DNA of 64,000 nt from Candidatus Bathyarchaeota archaeon. GTDB taxonomy: Archaea; Thermoproteota; Bathyarchaeia; Bathyarchaeales; DTEX01. The notes under the pieces were generated by a model that saw only the letters and a list, made by a program, of their open reading frames with translations, searched no databases and was not told the DNA's origin. Positions 1 to 11,649 of the stretch are shown here, in pieces. Positions within the stretch are counted from its first letter, which is position 1, and every line of letters starts with the position of its first letter. A program made the translations under genes and the position numbers. The DNA lies in contig CAVQNT010000005.1 of NCBI GenBank assembly GCA_963714275.1, positions 96,001 to 160,000 on the forward strand, in the 5' to 3' direction.

Positions 1-1023
1 TTCCATCTCTGTTTTCAAGTGAGCCATTATGAACATATTCAAGTGTGACTGGCTTGTCGCTTTTTACAACAATCGCGGGAGCCTGAGGTTTGAAGCCGAA
101 TCCGCTTCCTGCCTGAACATCGGCTGTTAGTATTTGTTGTTTGGTTTCAAGATTCCACACCGTGATCTTCGCGTCCTGGGAAGATGACACTCTGAATCCG
201 TAGCTTTCTGTTGGGTCCCAGCTTGTTTGAGACCACGAATAGAAGGTATTGCCTACAAACCCTCCTTCAACCGAAGGCACACACAATGTTCGAGGTTCTC
301 CCCACGCATTTGGAAGTCTGCCTGACTGAATCATGATATTACCTGTAGAGACAACTTTGTATGTTCTAAAAGGTTGCCAAATTGGCTCTTCCCAAGTATT
401 GGCGTCAATCGAAAATTGCTGTATATCTCCGTCATCCCTTGTCACTGTGACCTCAGCATTCTCCAAAGCCAGAATCAAATAATCCAGGTTGTAACCTAAC
501 CCAGATCCCATAAAGACGAATTCTTTACCCACGTAAGCTCCATCAGTAGACTGGTAAAATGTTACAGGCACAGGTCCAGAAGTTGCGTTGCTGGAAGGAA
601 CCGACCCATAATTAAGGAGCAGGACATTGGTTAACTCGCTTGTTTCAACCCTAAAGGCTGTTCCATTCTGGAAAACAGCGTAATGTCTCTGTGTGCTGTT
701 TATGGTGGCTTCAGAGACTAGGGAATCATTGTCTAGATTGTAGACTTTTACGTGAGTGTTGTTTTTGATAGACTATAATCACGATTAAGGCAGCACTTGC
801 CACCGTACTCGTTTGAAGCTTCCAACCCGAATTGATGTTATTCGCATCAGTCAAATTGTATTGCCAAATTTTTGCAGGAACATAACCGAAATACTCGTAT
901 TCCGTGTTCTGCGCGTGAACTTCATAAACTTCAGTTGGAAAGAAGGCAAGTATGAAGCTTACAGAACAGTATGGTAAATATTGCCTTAACCGGTCCTACT
1001 TTGGTGTGAGTTCTTGATGACAT
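1..1023 (-). CDS. 5' part of a secreted/membrane-anchored protein, paralog of 1252..2735; runs off the window edge; frameshifted
   Basis: The minus strand encodes the same segments as the neighbouring gene (AQNTEYEYFGYVPAKIW.YNLTDAN, DGAYVGKEF, VTRDDG, WNLETKQQILTADV). GGCTGTTAGTATTTGTTGTTTGGTTTC is identical at 122-148 and 1822-1848. ATG at 1023. Confidence 0.75.
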
Positions 1024-1047
1024 TTTTAATCCTTACATTAGATAAAA

Positions 1048-1090
1048 CTTAGATAACTTTGGATTATTAAGTCTATTAAAATTTTCGTAA
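1048..1090 (-). promoter_or_regulatory. BRE/TATA promoter, duplicated upstream of both paralogs (copy at 2761..2802)
   Basis: Minus-strand TTACGAAAATTTTAATA...TTATCTAAG occurs at near-identical spacing upstream of the ATGs at 1023 and 2735. Confidence 0.7.
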
Positions 1091-1251
1091 CAAAATTTTT
1101 TTGAAAGATTCTTCAATAGGGTTTGCCCTGAGAAATATTTCAAAAAATCAAGTCTTTGATAATTACATTTCATAGACTGACATAATTATAGTGTTCTAAA
1201 CGGAATCATTAGACTGAACTTATTGCGAAGTTTAATCAGTTATGAGTAATT

Positions 1252-2735
1252 TTATTTTTTGCCATGGCTTTTCATTAATAGCAACGCTACGATTACGCCT
1301 ATTGCGGCAACTGCAGCTCCTATGATTATGTACGTTATTGGGAGACCTTCTCCTCCAAAGGGAGTTAACGTTACATCTGTAATTATGTCTACAGTTTGAA
1401 TACAGGGCACTTGGACTCCGCTGTATTGAAGTCCTTGGTATTCTGGTATGGAAGGCCAATTTAATGTTTCGACGACCACGTTATTGTTTGCCCTTATTAT
1501 GTGTGTTCCTGGCTGAGACAAAGTGTAGTAAGTATTGGCTATAATCGTCCACGGATTTCCGTCCACTGTTATGTCTGTGTCTTCGGACGCGAAAATGTAG
1601 GCTTCCACATACGAATCGACAGGAAGATAGAACGGAGTATCCTCGTCAGGCTTGACTCCAAAATATGCAACACCTGACCCGTAAGCACCATAAATTCCGC
1701 TACTTGCCGCCCTCGAAATTGAGCCATTATGAATCAAGAAAAGCGTGACTGGCTGGTCACTCTCGACAAAAACAGCTGGCGCTGTAGGTTTAAAACCATA
1801 TCCACTTCCTCCAGCAACATCGGCTGTTAGTATTTGTTGTTTGGTTTCGAGGTTCCAAACCGTGATTTTCGTGTCTTGGGCAGCTGACACTCTGTATCCG
1901 TCACTCTCATCTACATCCCAGTCGTTTCGTGACAACGTGAAAAAGGTTTTCCCGACGAATCCTCCTTCAGTACATGGGACAAAGAATGTTGTGGTATCTA
2001 TGTTTCCTGCATGAATCATGATGTTGCCTGTAGACTCGATTTTGTACGTTCTGAAGGGTTCCCAAATTAGTCTTCTCCATGCGTTTGCTTCAATCGAGTA
2101 TGTTTGTATGATTCCATCTTCCCTTGTCACAGTAACTTCAGTTTCTCTAATGCAAAGATCGTGTATTGGAGATAAATATCGTACTGAACCGCCATCAGAA
2201 TGAACTCTTTGCCAACATAGGCTCCGTTAACGTCATAGTAAAACGTGAAAGGCAAGGGATACGACGTTAGACTTCCGTAATCGATAGGTATTGACTCATA
2301 CTTTTCTGAATCTGCTAAAATAATATTCAGAAGCAATAAGCTGGCAAGTTTGTTTGTTACCACCTTAAAAAAAGTTCCGTTTTTGAAAAAGACGTAATAT
2401 TTCTCCATGCTGTCTATTGTGGCTTCGGAAACCAGTGAGCCGTTGTCTAAGCTGTAGACTTCCACGTGGGTGTCGTTCTCTATGCCCGTAATTGCTACTA
2501 AGCCAGCTTTTGCTATTGAGCCCGTGTCTAATCTCCAGCCTGAAGTAACATTATTTGCATCAGTCAAATTGTAATCATAAATCTTGGCTGGAACATAACC
2601 ATAATACTCGTATTCTGTATCCTGCGCACATACTTTTGAAACAGAGACTGAAGAGAAAGCGAGAAAAGAGCTTGATAACAGAATTATGAATATTGCCACA
2701 GATGATCCCAGTTTAACGGAATTTTTTAATATCAT
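1252..2735 (-). CDS. Secreted protein with C-terminal TM anchor, possibly IgGFc-binding-like beta repeats; frameshift near 2130
   Basis: ORFs 2127..2735 (N-terminal signal peptide) and 1252..2130 (ending in hydrophobic ITYIIIGAAVAAIGVIVALLLM + basic tail) abut. Recurrent '.T.ITV' and 'SDQPV/ANNNVVV' motifs. The domain name is an inference. Confidence 0.7.
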
Positions 2736-2760
2736 ACCTATCCACTTCTATTGAATAAAC

Positions 2761-2802
2761 CTTAGATAATTTTCAATGTAAATGTTATTAAAATTTTCGT
2801 AA
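2761..2802 (-). promoter_or_regulatory. BRE/TATA promoter of 1252..2735
   Basis: Same motif as 1048..1090. Confidence 0.7.
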
Positions 2803-2965
2803 TAAATCTATATAATTAAAAATTGGTTTTTAATGCATCTCTTTCATTCACAATTAAATCAATGTAACCAAAAAAAATTCTTCCTCAGGAGTACATTCTA
2901 TGGCGCAAAACAGACAAGTCGAACCAAACGAAATTAATAATAATAAACATTCAATACTTGAGAGG

Positions 2966-3088
2966 TAGCGGGGGGTCGAATTTCAAGAACCCAGTTTCAG
3001 GGTTTCTTTTTGAACGACCGATTTCTGGGTCACTCAGACTTGAAGTCTTATGAGCCCAGCGGGTTAAACCTGGCTACCCCACCCCGCT
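2966..3088 (-). tRNA. Initiator tRNA-Met(CAT) with two introns (anticodon loop 37/38 and T-loop)
   Basis: AGCGGGG/CCCCGCT acceptor stem (A1:U72) and CTGGG-CTCATA[AGACTTCAAGTCTGAGTG]A-CCCAG. T arm GGTCG-TTCAAA[~29 nt hairpin]T-CGACC. Confidence 0.92.
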
Positions 3089-3256
3089 ACGTAGTTCTTC
3101 AATTGTGTTACGCGAGATTTCAGCCAGATTCATGTGAATAAAGAATCACTTGAATAAAAGAGTTGCGACCACATCACAGCAAGCTCTTAATTACAGAAAC
3201 AGTAACTTTCGTGTTCCAGTTATGCTTATTATTGCCAATCCATATAGAAATTGTTA

Positions 3257-3723
3257 TGGTGAGTTCGAAAATAGTTGTTCTGATGGGTTCAAAAAGCGAC
3301 GTTTCATTCGCCCAAAGAGTCGAAGAGTTTTTGAAACAAGAGAACATGAATGTTGACTGCGAGTTTGTGGTGTCGTCAGCCCACAGAACCCCAGATATGC
3401 TGCTTCAAAAACTAAAGGAATATGAGAAATCCAGCGACAACATCGTCTTCATAACCATCGCAGGCTTATCAGACGCCCTATCAGGAGTCGTTGCAGGCTT
3501 TACAGCTCGACCCGTCATAGCGTGCCCGCCAGACATCGAAAAATATGGTCCTCTGAAAGCTTTTTCGTCTGTCATGATGCCCACTGGAGTTCCAGTTATG
3601 CTTGTTTCGAAACCTGAAAATGCTGCCTTGGCTGCTGCGAAGATTTTGGCAATCGGAAATCCATCTCTCAATCACGAAATTGTTAAGTATATCCAGAAAA
3701 AGAGAAGCGAGGTCGCAACATGA
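3257..3723 (+). CDS. purE: N5-CAIR mutase / AIR carboxylase
   Basis: MGSKSD, SAHRTP, AGLSDALSGVVAG, PVIACPP and MPTGVPV motifs. The start is probably the ATG at 3257 within ORF 3163..3723. Confidence 0.93.
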
Positions 3724-3755
3724 GCAAAAAAAGGAAGGAAAGCTGAGACTTAACA

Positions 3756-4622
3756 ATGAACACGAGAAATATCGTTTTAGAGTCCAATCTTGCTTATCCC
3801 TTGCTTAAAAGAGGTAAGGTACGAGACCTATATGACTTAGGCGACAAACTTCTAATTGTTTCCACGGACAGACTCTCAGCGTTCGACGTTGTTTTGCCTG
3901 ACGGAATACCGCACAAGGGCGAAGCATTGAACCTTCTCTCTGCATTCTGGTTCAAAAAAACCGAACGAATAGTGCCTAACCACCTTCTTGAGGTTGTCGA
4001 CTCGAGAACAGTTCTCGTAAAAAAGACTGAACCAGTGAAGGTTGAGTTTGTTGTCAGAGGTTACCTTTACGGCTCAGCGTGGGAAAAACACCGAAACGGA
4101 GAAGCCGTCTGCGGAGTCAAGCTTCCATCTGGCATGAAAAAAGCTCGAAAAGTTCCTGAACCAATTTTGACACCCACCACGAAGGCTGATGTTGGGCACG
4201 ACATCGAATTAACCCGAGAACAAGTTGACAAGTTTATTGGCAGAAAACTCGCTACCGAAATAGAGGAGTGCAGCCTAAACATTTACGAAGCTGCATCGAA
4301 GAAGGCTGAAGAAAAAGGCATAATCATTGCGGACACAAAATTCGAGTTCGGAGTGCTTAATGGCAGCCTTATTTTGATTGACGAGATTTTGACTCCTGAC
4401 TCATCACGTTTCTGGCCAAAAGACCAATATAAGATTGGTGTAGACCAGCCAAGCTTTGACAAACAAAACGTCAGAGACTACCTCACGTCAACAGGCTGGA
4501 ACAAGCAGCCACCTGCCCCGTACCTTCCAGAATCTGTCATCGCCGAAACGTCGCGTAGGTACATTGAAGCCTACGAAAAACTAACGGGACAAAAATTTAT
4601 CAATAAAATAAGAAAGAAATGA
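3756..4622 (+). CDS. purC: SAICAR synthetase
   Basis: GKVRDLY, DRLSAFD, EFVVRGYLYGS, DTKFEFG, DEILTPDSSRFW, FDKQNVRD. Confidence 0.96.
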   Translation: MNTRNIVLESNLAYPLLKRGKVRDLYDLGDKLLIVSTDRLSAFDVVLPDGIPHKGEALNLLSAFWFKKTERIVPNHLLEVVDSRTVLVKKTEPVKVEFVVRGYLYGSAWEKHRNGEAVCGVKLPSGMKKARKVPEPILTPTTKADVGHDIELTREQVDKFIGRKLATEIEECSLNIYEAASKKAEEKGIIIADTKFEFGVLNGSLILIDEILTPDSSRFWPKDQYKIGVDQPSFDKQNVRDYLTSTGWNKQPPAPYLPESVIAETSRRYIEAYEKLTGQKFINKIRKK

Positions 4623-4628
4623 TGTGGA

Positions 4629-5787
4629 ATGTCTTCAAAATATGCTGAAGCAGGAGTAGACGTCAAGAAAAAAGGAATCGAAATCTTCAAGGAAACCGTC
4701 AACAACCTTTTTCCTAATGCTTTCTGCGTCGTAACAGGAGACCCAAACTTGCCCGGACAAGGACTCGTCACGCATGCTGACAGCGCAGGCAGCAAACCAG
4801 TCCAAGCATACCTCAACTGGAAAGAAACTGGCGACCTAGGATGGTTCAAGGGACTCGCCCAAGACATCTTAGCGATGAACCTCAACGACATCTCATGCGT
4901 AGGAGCACAGCCAATAAATTTCATCGATTACATTGCACTTAATCCGCTGAAGGTCCCAAAGGTAAACCTACTAAGAATCTTAAATGACGGATTCAAAGAA
5001 AGCTTTAAAACTTTAGAGAATCTTGGAACCAAGGTATTTTTTTCTGGAGGCGAGACCGCTGACCTTCCAGACCAGATTAGAACCTTCGACATTTCAGGCG
5101 TAGTTAATGGGCGTGTCGAACTGTCCAAAGTCATAACGGGAACAGAAATTAAGTCAGGCAACGTTATTATTGGTTTGAGAAGTGGCGGAAAAACAAGTTA
5201 CGAAAACCGAGAGAACAGCGGAATTATGTGTAACGGACTCACTTTGGCAAGGCTTTGTCTTCTAAGCAAGGATTACCAGCAGAAATATCCTGAGATTGCT
5301 GATCCAGAAGGCAGAGGATACTACGGACGGTTCAAGATTGACACATATTTGCATGAAATAGGCATGACTGTTGGAGAGGCTTTAGTTTCGCAGATGAGGT
5401 TTTATGCACCCGTCATCCTGAAGATACTGAAAAAGCATGGAGAAGACTTAACTGGCTTGGTTCACAACATGGGCGGTGGACAAACCAAATGCCTACGAAT
5501 TGGCAGAAACATCAATTTCGTTAAAGACAGCATCATCGAGCCAGATCCCATATTCAACCTCATCCAAAAAGAGTCCAACGAAAGTCTGGAAGTCGATGTT
5601 TGAGATTTTTAACATGGGAACAGGCTTCGAGATAATCGCGAAACCGCACATCCAAAACGAATTACTAGACATTTCAGAAAAATTCGGGCTTGAGGCTAAG
5701 GTTATTGGAAGATGTGAAAAAAGCAGCCGTCAGAATATGGTTACAATAGTTTGTCCTTGGGGAAAGTTCAAGTATCAACGCGAATAG
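4629..5787 (+). CDS. purM: AIR synthase (PurM family); frameshift near 5590
   Basis: YAEAGVD N-terminus, MNLND, GGETA. The C-terminal MFEIFNMGTG...IGR is in overlapping ORF 5476..5787. Co-oriented with purE-purC. Confidence 0.88.
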
Positions 5788-5800
5788 AATGGCCAGAATA

Positions 5801-6974
5801 TTACGTGACTATTCTGTCGAGAACCTTTTTTTCCGCAGCATATTTTATCTCAAGTAAAGGTAAATCCATAGGAGCTGCGATTCTTTCCAGTCCATGCTGC
5901 TTCATTAGCCACTGGTATTTTAACGACAGCCGTCTCATCTCAGGAGAGGTCGGACCCACGCATGGGCAGCCTGGAATTCTGGGACTGACATCAAAAACGT
6001 AAAAAGACAGCTTCCTCTGCTCGGGATCGTCGGCATCGTAAGCTATGGCTCCCTGTAAGGCAAAAAGCCCTATTATTCCAGGCTGGAACTCTTTTTTGCA
6101 GATTCTCCTAAATTTTTCCGCTGCGTCGTATACAAGTGGCTTCTGGGACTCCCTCATTGTCAAACCGTAATGACCGATTTCCTCGTTCTTTATGGTCACG
6201 TTTATTCCAAGCTGGTCTCTGGCTGGCAAACCGAGGACACCGTGGAGGTTGGTCTGTTTTCTGTCGTCGAAGCCTAAAAGGTCGAAGTCGCTGAAAACGT
6301 CGGGCAACGCCCACCCCTGAAAATTGGCGTTGAACTTTTGTCCCAAAACGTATTCTTCTATTCTGGCTTTCTTTAAGGCGTCTCCATCGATTACTTCGTC
6401 TTTTATGAGGCTGTTAGCCTTTTCATAATAATCCTTCGAATTGGAAGCATAAAAGAACGCTCTCTCCATAGGCTTCTTTTTCTGCTGCACTTTAACTATC
6501 GCGAGCCTGTCAATGTCTTCGGGCTTGTCAAATTTTTTGGGCGTCTTGATTCCCGCCTGCTCTAGCAACCAATACTGGTTGCGTTCCTCGTTTCTTTCTT
6601 CAGCTCTGAGAATCATCCTGTTTCCGTACAAGGGAACCTTAAATCGGCTTTCGATATTCTCGTAACCCACATACACAGAAAACGATCTGTTCGGGATGAA
6701 AATCGTGTTGTAATCCCTTAGCTTGGTTTGGACTTCAGAGTTAACTATGTCCGTGAACCGATCCAGAAGAATCACGTGGTCAAACAGGTGCTTATTGTAT
6801 TTGGCATATAGTTCCTCTCTGCCCTTCTGGCAAACAACAACAGTCGACAAACCGATGGACTTAGACTGAAACACCGACCTCCTCCGCCGAGTGTGACCCT
6901 AAAACTCCTACGGTAATTGTTTTGTTGTTGTATGATGATGTTAGTTCTTGCATTTCCTCTCTTTTTATAACCAT
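5801..6974 (-). CDS. purP: PurP-family ATP-grasp enzyme (second paralog); frameshift near 6870
   Basis: N-terminus MVIKREEMQ...TVGVLGSHSA read from 6974, plus IFIPNRSF, GIIGLFALQ and DVSPRIPG. Whether it is a FAICAR or FGAR synthetase cannot be decided from the sequence. Confidence 0.85.
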
Positions 6975-7024
6975 ATTTTATACCTTCAAAACGTGTTTAG
7001 ATACTGTTATGACAGGAAACAACG

Positions 7025-8110
7025 TCAATAAACCACCTTCTCCAACTGGTTCATCTCAGCTGCTTTCCTAATTTCCGCCGCTATTCTTCTTCCCATGTAC
7101 ATTCCTTCGCCATATTTCAGGTATGCGTAGGGGGAGGTACCGATGCCGACGTTGCTGCCTGCGACAATCCGAGCTGAAATCTCGAAAGTGTAAATTTTCA
7201 TCGTGTCCGTGATGATTGTTTCGAGACAGAACGGACCAATTACGCCTGGAGGCGCGATCTCCTTTGCCACTTTTGCAACATTGTCTCCCATTGTCAAAAC
7301 TTCAGGCAGCAGCGACTCTCTTAGTGTTAAGGGAATGTTGCCGACAATCGTGTAGGTTGGATTTATTTCGAGCTGGAGCTGCTCGTTTGCAGGTATTCTG
7401 CCTATTGTATCAACCGTGGACTCGTAACGTTTGTCCATTCCAAGAAGCTCAATATCGTCCTCAAGCGCTGAACCAAAGTACTGAAAATACACGTTTACGC
7501 CAAGCACGTACTGTTGAAGATGCATGTCCTTAAGGTCTTCTCTGTTCAAATGTCCCTTTTTTATCATTTCCTCAGACTTTCTTCTAAACGATTCTGGAGA
7601 ATCAGCTAAGAAATAGCCCCTTCCTCCTCTTGCGCCTGGAAACTTGGCAATCACTAACCGATCTATCTCGTCTGGATTGCTGTAAATTTTAGGTAAGGTT
7701 AAACCTGCCTTTTGAAGCCAGCTTCTCTGCATGTCGCGGTCGATTTCCCAGCGTAGAAGCCTTCTATTGCCCAACATTGGTACGTATAAATTGTTCAGAA
7801 GCGCCTCCATACTCACGTACGCATTGAAAGAGCCGTGTGGAATCAGAATCGTATTAAGCCTTCTCAGCTTTTCCTGAACTTTGTCATCAAGGAGTTCGCT
7901 GAAATTATCAACGTAAACCATCTCATCCACTAATGGAAATTTCCTGTAGACAATCTCACGGTCTTTAGTAAGAATGCAGACTGTCCTGAAGCCTTCTTCT
8001 TTGGCGCCTTTAAAAATGTTAAGAGCTGAATGTGAACCAAGTGTTCCTATTGATAATTTGTGTTTGTCGTATTTTTTTACGATGGCGTTCATGTCTTCCT
8101 TTTCTATCAT
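7025..8110 (-). CDS. purP: FAICAR synthetase (formate-dependent)
   Basis: TLGSHSAL, IPHGSF, GARGGRGYF, GPFCLE, FEISARIVAG, MGRRIA. Confidence 0.93.
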   Translation of the reverse strand: MIEKEDMNAIVKKYDKHKLSIGTLGSHSALNIFKGAKEEGFRTVCILTKDREIVYRKFPLVDEMVYVDNFSELLDDKVQEKLRRLNTILIPHGSFNAYVSMEALLNNLYVPMLGNRRLLRWEIDRDMQRSWLQKAGLTLPKIYSNPDEIDRLVIAKFPGARGGRGYFLADSPESFRRKSEEMIKKGHLNREDLKDMHLQQYVLGVNVYFQYFGSALEDDIELLGMDKRYESTVDTIGRIPANEQLQLEINPTYTIVGNIPLTLRESLLPEVLTMGDNVAKVAKEIAPPGVIGPFCLETIITDTMKIYTFEISARIVAGSNVGIGTSPYAYLKYGEGMYMGRRIAAEIRKAAEMNQLEKVVY

Positions 8111-8243
8111 CGATTTTCCCCAATGAAACTTGGCATTCTACATTAGAATAAACTATTCGTGAAGGTCTCTTTAATACTTCCGTTATTTCCTAATACTTGG
8201 AATTTAGCCCTAACTTTTTGAAATATTATAGAAAGTATTGACA

Positions 8244-8783
8244 TTATTCGCCTTCGAACTCGACAAGATGGAAAACATCGTAACCTTCGAGTTTTTTTCG
8301 ACCATGCAACTCAGGGAGGTCAACCACGAAGGCACAGCCAACCACTTTTCCGCCACATTTTTCAATCAGCTGGCACGCAGCCTTCATTGTACCGCCTGTA
8401 GCAAGCAAGTCGTCTACTAGAAGCACTCTGTCGCCTTTCTTGATTGCATCTTTATGAATCTCTATTCGGTCTATGTCATATTCTAGTTCATATTCTTGGC
8501 TTACAGTTTCAGCGGGTAATTTCCCCTTTTTCCTTATGGGTATAAATCCTTTCTTTAAGAGTATGGCTAACGCTGTGCCAAAGATTAGGCCACGTGACTC
8601 GATTCCAGCAACTATGTCAATCTTTTCGTTTTTGTAGTGTTCATAAAGCCTTTGACAAGTTTCGCGGAAGCCCTTCTCGTCCTTCAGTAAAGTCGTGATG
8701 TCCCTGAACATTACTCCTTTTTTGGGCCAGTTTGGAATCGTCCTAATCTTGGATTTTATGTCTTCGTTCATCTTCTTAACCAC
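8244..8783 (-). CDS. apt: Adenine phosphoribosyltransferase
   Basis: WPKKGVMFRDITTLL, IESRG, IRKKGKLP, VLLVDDLLATGGT. Confidence 0.95.
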   Translation of the reverse strand: MVKKMNEDIKSKIRTIPNWPKKGVMFRDITTLLKDEKGFRETCQRLYEHYKNEKIDIVAGIESRGLIFGTALAILLKKGFIPIRKKGKLPAETVSQEYELEYDIDRIEIHKDAIKKGDRVLLVDDLLATGGTMKAACQLIEKCGGKVVGCAFVVDLPELHGRKKLEGYDVFHLVEFEGE

Positions 8784-8789
8784 CTAGCT

Positions 8790-9587
8790 TCACATTACAG
8801 CTGTCTTGATGTCTTTTGTGCATGGACAGTCATCATAATCTTTAATTTTTGGGATTGTTTCCAGAATCAATCTCTGAACTTTGTCCACGTTCTCTTTAAA
8901 CGTCTTCATGACCATGACTGCGTCAACTGGCTTTTCACCAGTCTTCCAACAGTCATAATCAGTCGGCATCGCGATAGCAGCGTAATGCAGCCCAGCTTCC
9001 CTTGCCAACACAGCCTCTGGTACCGTACTCATGTTAATGACATCTCCGCCCCATTGCCTGAACGTGAAGCTTTCAGCTCTAGAGGAAAACCGCGGACCCT
9101 CAATGGTGACAACAGTTCCCTTTTCGTGGCACGGTAAACTGAGACTTTTAGCCTGCTCATAAAGAAGCTTCCTCATGTTAAAACAGAAGGGTTCAGCCAT
9201 CGGAATGTGGCAGACAGCATCCTTCTCGTAGAATGTTGACCGCCTTTTCGTCGTCCGATCAATGAATTGGTCTATAAAAACAAAGTCGCCAGGTTTTATC
9301 TTTTCACGCAACGAACCGCAAGCCGTTGTTACCAGAATGTGGGTGCAGCCTGCGTCCTTCAAGGCTTGTATGTTGGCTTGAAAAGGAACATTCGAAGGCA
9401 TCAAGGTGTGTCTTTTGCCGTGTCTCGAAAGTATTACGACCTCAGTTCCCTTAATCTTTCCAAGCATAAGCACAGATGATGGCTTACCAAAAACGGTTTC
9501 GCGCTCAACCTCTTTTTGTTCTTTAAGAATTTTTGGATCCTCAAGTCCTGATCCGCCGATTATTCCAATCTTGACCAAACCATTCAC
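8790..9587 (-). CDS. mtaP: 5'-methylthioadenosine phosphorylase
   Basis: [47 protein letters not shown]. Confidence 0.93.
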   Translation of the reverse strand: MNGLVKIGIIGGSGLEDPKILKEQKEVERETVFGKPSSVLMLGKIKGTEVVILSRHGKRHTLMPSNVPFQANIQALKDAGCTHILVTTACGSLREKIKPGDFVFIDQFIDRTTKRRSTFYEKDAVCHIPMAEPFCFNMRKLLYEQAKSLSLPCHEKGTVVTIEGPRFSSRAESFTFRQWGGDVINMSTVPEAVLAREAGLHYAAIAMPTDYDCWKTGEKPVDAVMVMKTFKENVDKVQRLILETIPKIKDYDDCPCTKDIKTAVM

Positions 9588-9764
9588 CTTTACATTCAGA
9601 TATTATGCAACACCTAATTTTAAATTTACATATAATAGTTTATAGAATTTTATGACCGTTAACTGCACATTAATAGCTTATTTGAAACAGCAATATTATT
9701 TTTATGTTGTGATTTTACAGGTTTTTCGTTTGACAAAATATGAAAAAATTTTTTTATGCTATTT

Positions 9765-10983
9765 TCATATTTCATGGCTACCATATTGCGAGGATGCAAA
9801 TCTTCTAAGCCTTTGCAACGACGTCATTCTTTCCTTGTCTCCCAGCCTTGCATTCTCGACGGCTTCTCTAAGAAACTGGATTGAGTTGTCCATGGCTTTC
9901 CTGTCAACTGGGAAGGGCACACCGTCTTTTCCGCCATAAGCAAAGGAATATTTTACGGGGTCTTTCCAGCTCGGTTTCTCGCCATAGACAAGTTCAGAAA
10001 TCAAGGATAATCCGCGAATTGTTGAGGGTCCTAAGCCTTTTACGCTTAAAAGTTCCTCATAATTCGTTGGCTTAAACTCGTATGCTCTTTGCATGGCTTT
10101 CCAATTGATCGTTGCTGGCATAGTCAAGTAGTCAGCGATGAGAGCTTTGACTTTATTTTGATCCAAAGGCATCCATTCCTGAAGTGTTCGCTGATAAGCT
10201 GGATGAACCGACTGAAGTAGCCTCGCGATTGCTTTAGGACTTTCTTTTACCAAATCTACCGAGACCTTTCGGCATCCTTCGCTCTCTTTAGTCTGTCATG
10301 TCTAAGGCTGCTGCTCGCTTTACGTCCCCAACGATCGCTGCGTGAGGTTTTTCGACAAAGTTATCGTATTCTCCGAGAGCCAATGATACCTGCGAGCAGT
10401 CCTATCGGCAACGCTCATTCCTTGCTGAACCACAGCCCATTTCCCGTCTTGCGAAAAAAGAAAGGCATGGTGATAAAGTGGATACCCCGCTTGAATCGCA
10501 ACATTATCCACCTTCGCGCTTATTCGGCTTGCATACTTCAACCGATCCGTATCTTCAGTTGATAATCCTGAATTCGGTGCCAGCTGAACCTATCTCGAAC
10601 TGGGCTTTGTTTGAAGCTTTACCTTTTCCTCCGCAAACTGCCAAGCCAAATTCTCTTGGAGTTATTGCTGATTTGAGAACGCCAGTCAGAACCGTTGTTA
10701 CGCCTGAGGAGTGCCAGTCATAGCCTAAGACGCAGCCTAAGGCTTGAAACCAGTTTGGATCAGAGATTCTGCGTAAAAAAACCTCGTTACCATACTCGTC
10801 AAGAATGATTGCCACAATCTGCCTTGCCAGACGGATCATTCTACCGACTAACCATTGAGGCGCCTTGCCTCCATGAAGGGGAAGCTCCGCATATCCCGTT
10901 CTTTTTACCAATTTTACTACAGTCATCTCTAATTGATTCAAAATGACATATTGTTGTGAGAATCCTTTAAACCTAATTGCCAA
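9765..10983 (-). CDS. DUF763-family protein; two frameshifts
   Basis: LPLHGGKAP.WL, FQALGCVLGYDWHSSGVTT, AKVDNVAIQ.GY.LYHH, ARRYHW, GLGPSTIR and DP..YSFAYGGKDGVPFPV across three consecutive ORFs. Confidence 0.85.
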
Positions 10984-10999
10984 GAAAAAAGGGAAAAAT

Positions 11000-11482
11000 T
11001 TACTTTTTTTCTATTAATTGTCCTTCCCTGTTAATCTCCCCATACCTAATACGGGTTGTTGAGATAGAAACGTGGTTTTCTGCGGGAACCATGTCTATCA
11101 CGATAATTTTTAGTGCCTGCAACCCATTTTCTTTCCTTTTCACGTTTATTGCTTGGGCAGCTGGTTCAGTTTCCCGGCTGACGACAATAGCTTCGATACT
11201 ATTGTCCGTAGCAGCTGACCCATAAAAATCAGCAATGGGAATAATTTCAGCTCTGCCAAGAACTTTGGTTTCTTTGAGAAAGTCTTCTAATTCCTTCCTT
11301 CTTTCCTTGTAAGGTGCGATTTCGTGGTTCTTCCTGAGCTTCCTCGCGAACTCGTCCGTGCAAAGCCCTATCTGGACATGTACGCCTATGACGAAGGCTT
11401 TTTTGAGTAAGACTCGGTGACCTTTGTGCAGTTCGTCGAAGGTTCCACCGAGTCCTACGATTTTGAATTTTGTGTTCAACAA
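11000..11482 (-). CDS. coaD: Phosphopantetheine adenylyltransferase (archaeal type)
   Basis: GGTFDELHKGH, IVVSRET, ISTTRIR.GEI. Confidence 0.92.
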   Translation of the reverse strand: MLNTKFKIVGLGGTFDELHKGHRVLLKKAFVIGVHVQIGLCTDEFARKLRKNHEIAPYKERRKELEDFLKETKVLGRAEIIPIADFYGSAATDNSIEAIVVSRETEPAAQAINVKRKENGLQALKIIVIDMVPAENHVSISTTRIRYGEINREGQLIEKK

Positions 11483-11649
11483 TTGTTCGCCTAGACCACT
11501 TGTCCGCGCATTTTCGGTGTTTGCCTATCGTTTCGAGGCTTTCTTATTTATTGTTTTCTTTGAAACAGTATAGATTCGTATAAACATTTCATAGGAAATT
11601 CTTATATGCTTACATTTATTATGGCGCTTGACACATTGCGGTAATCTCT

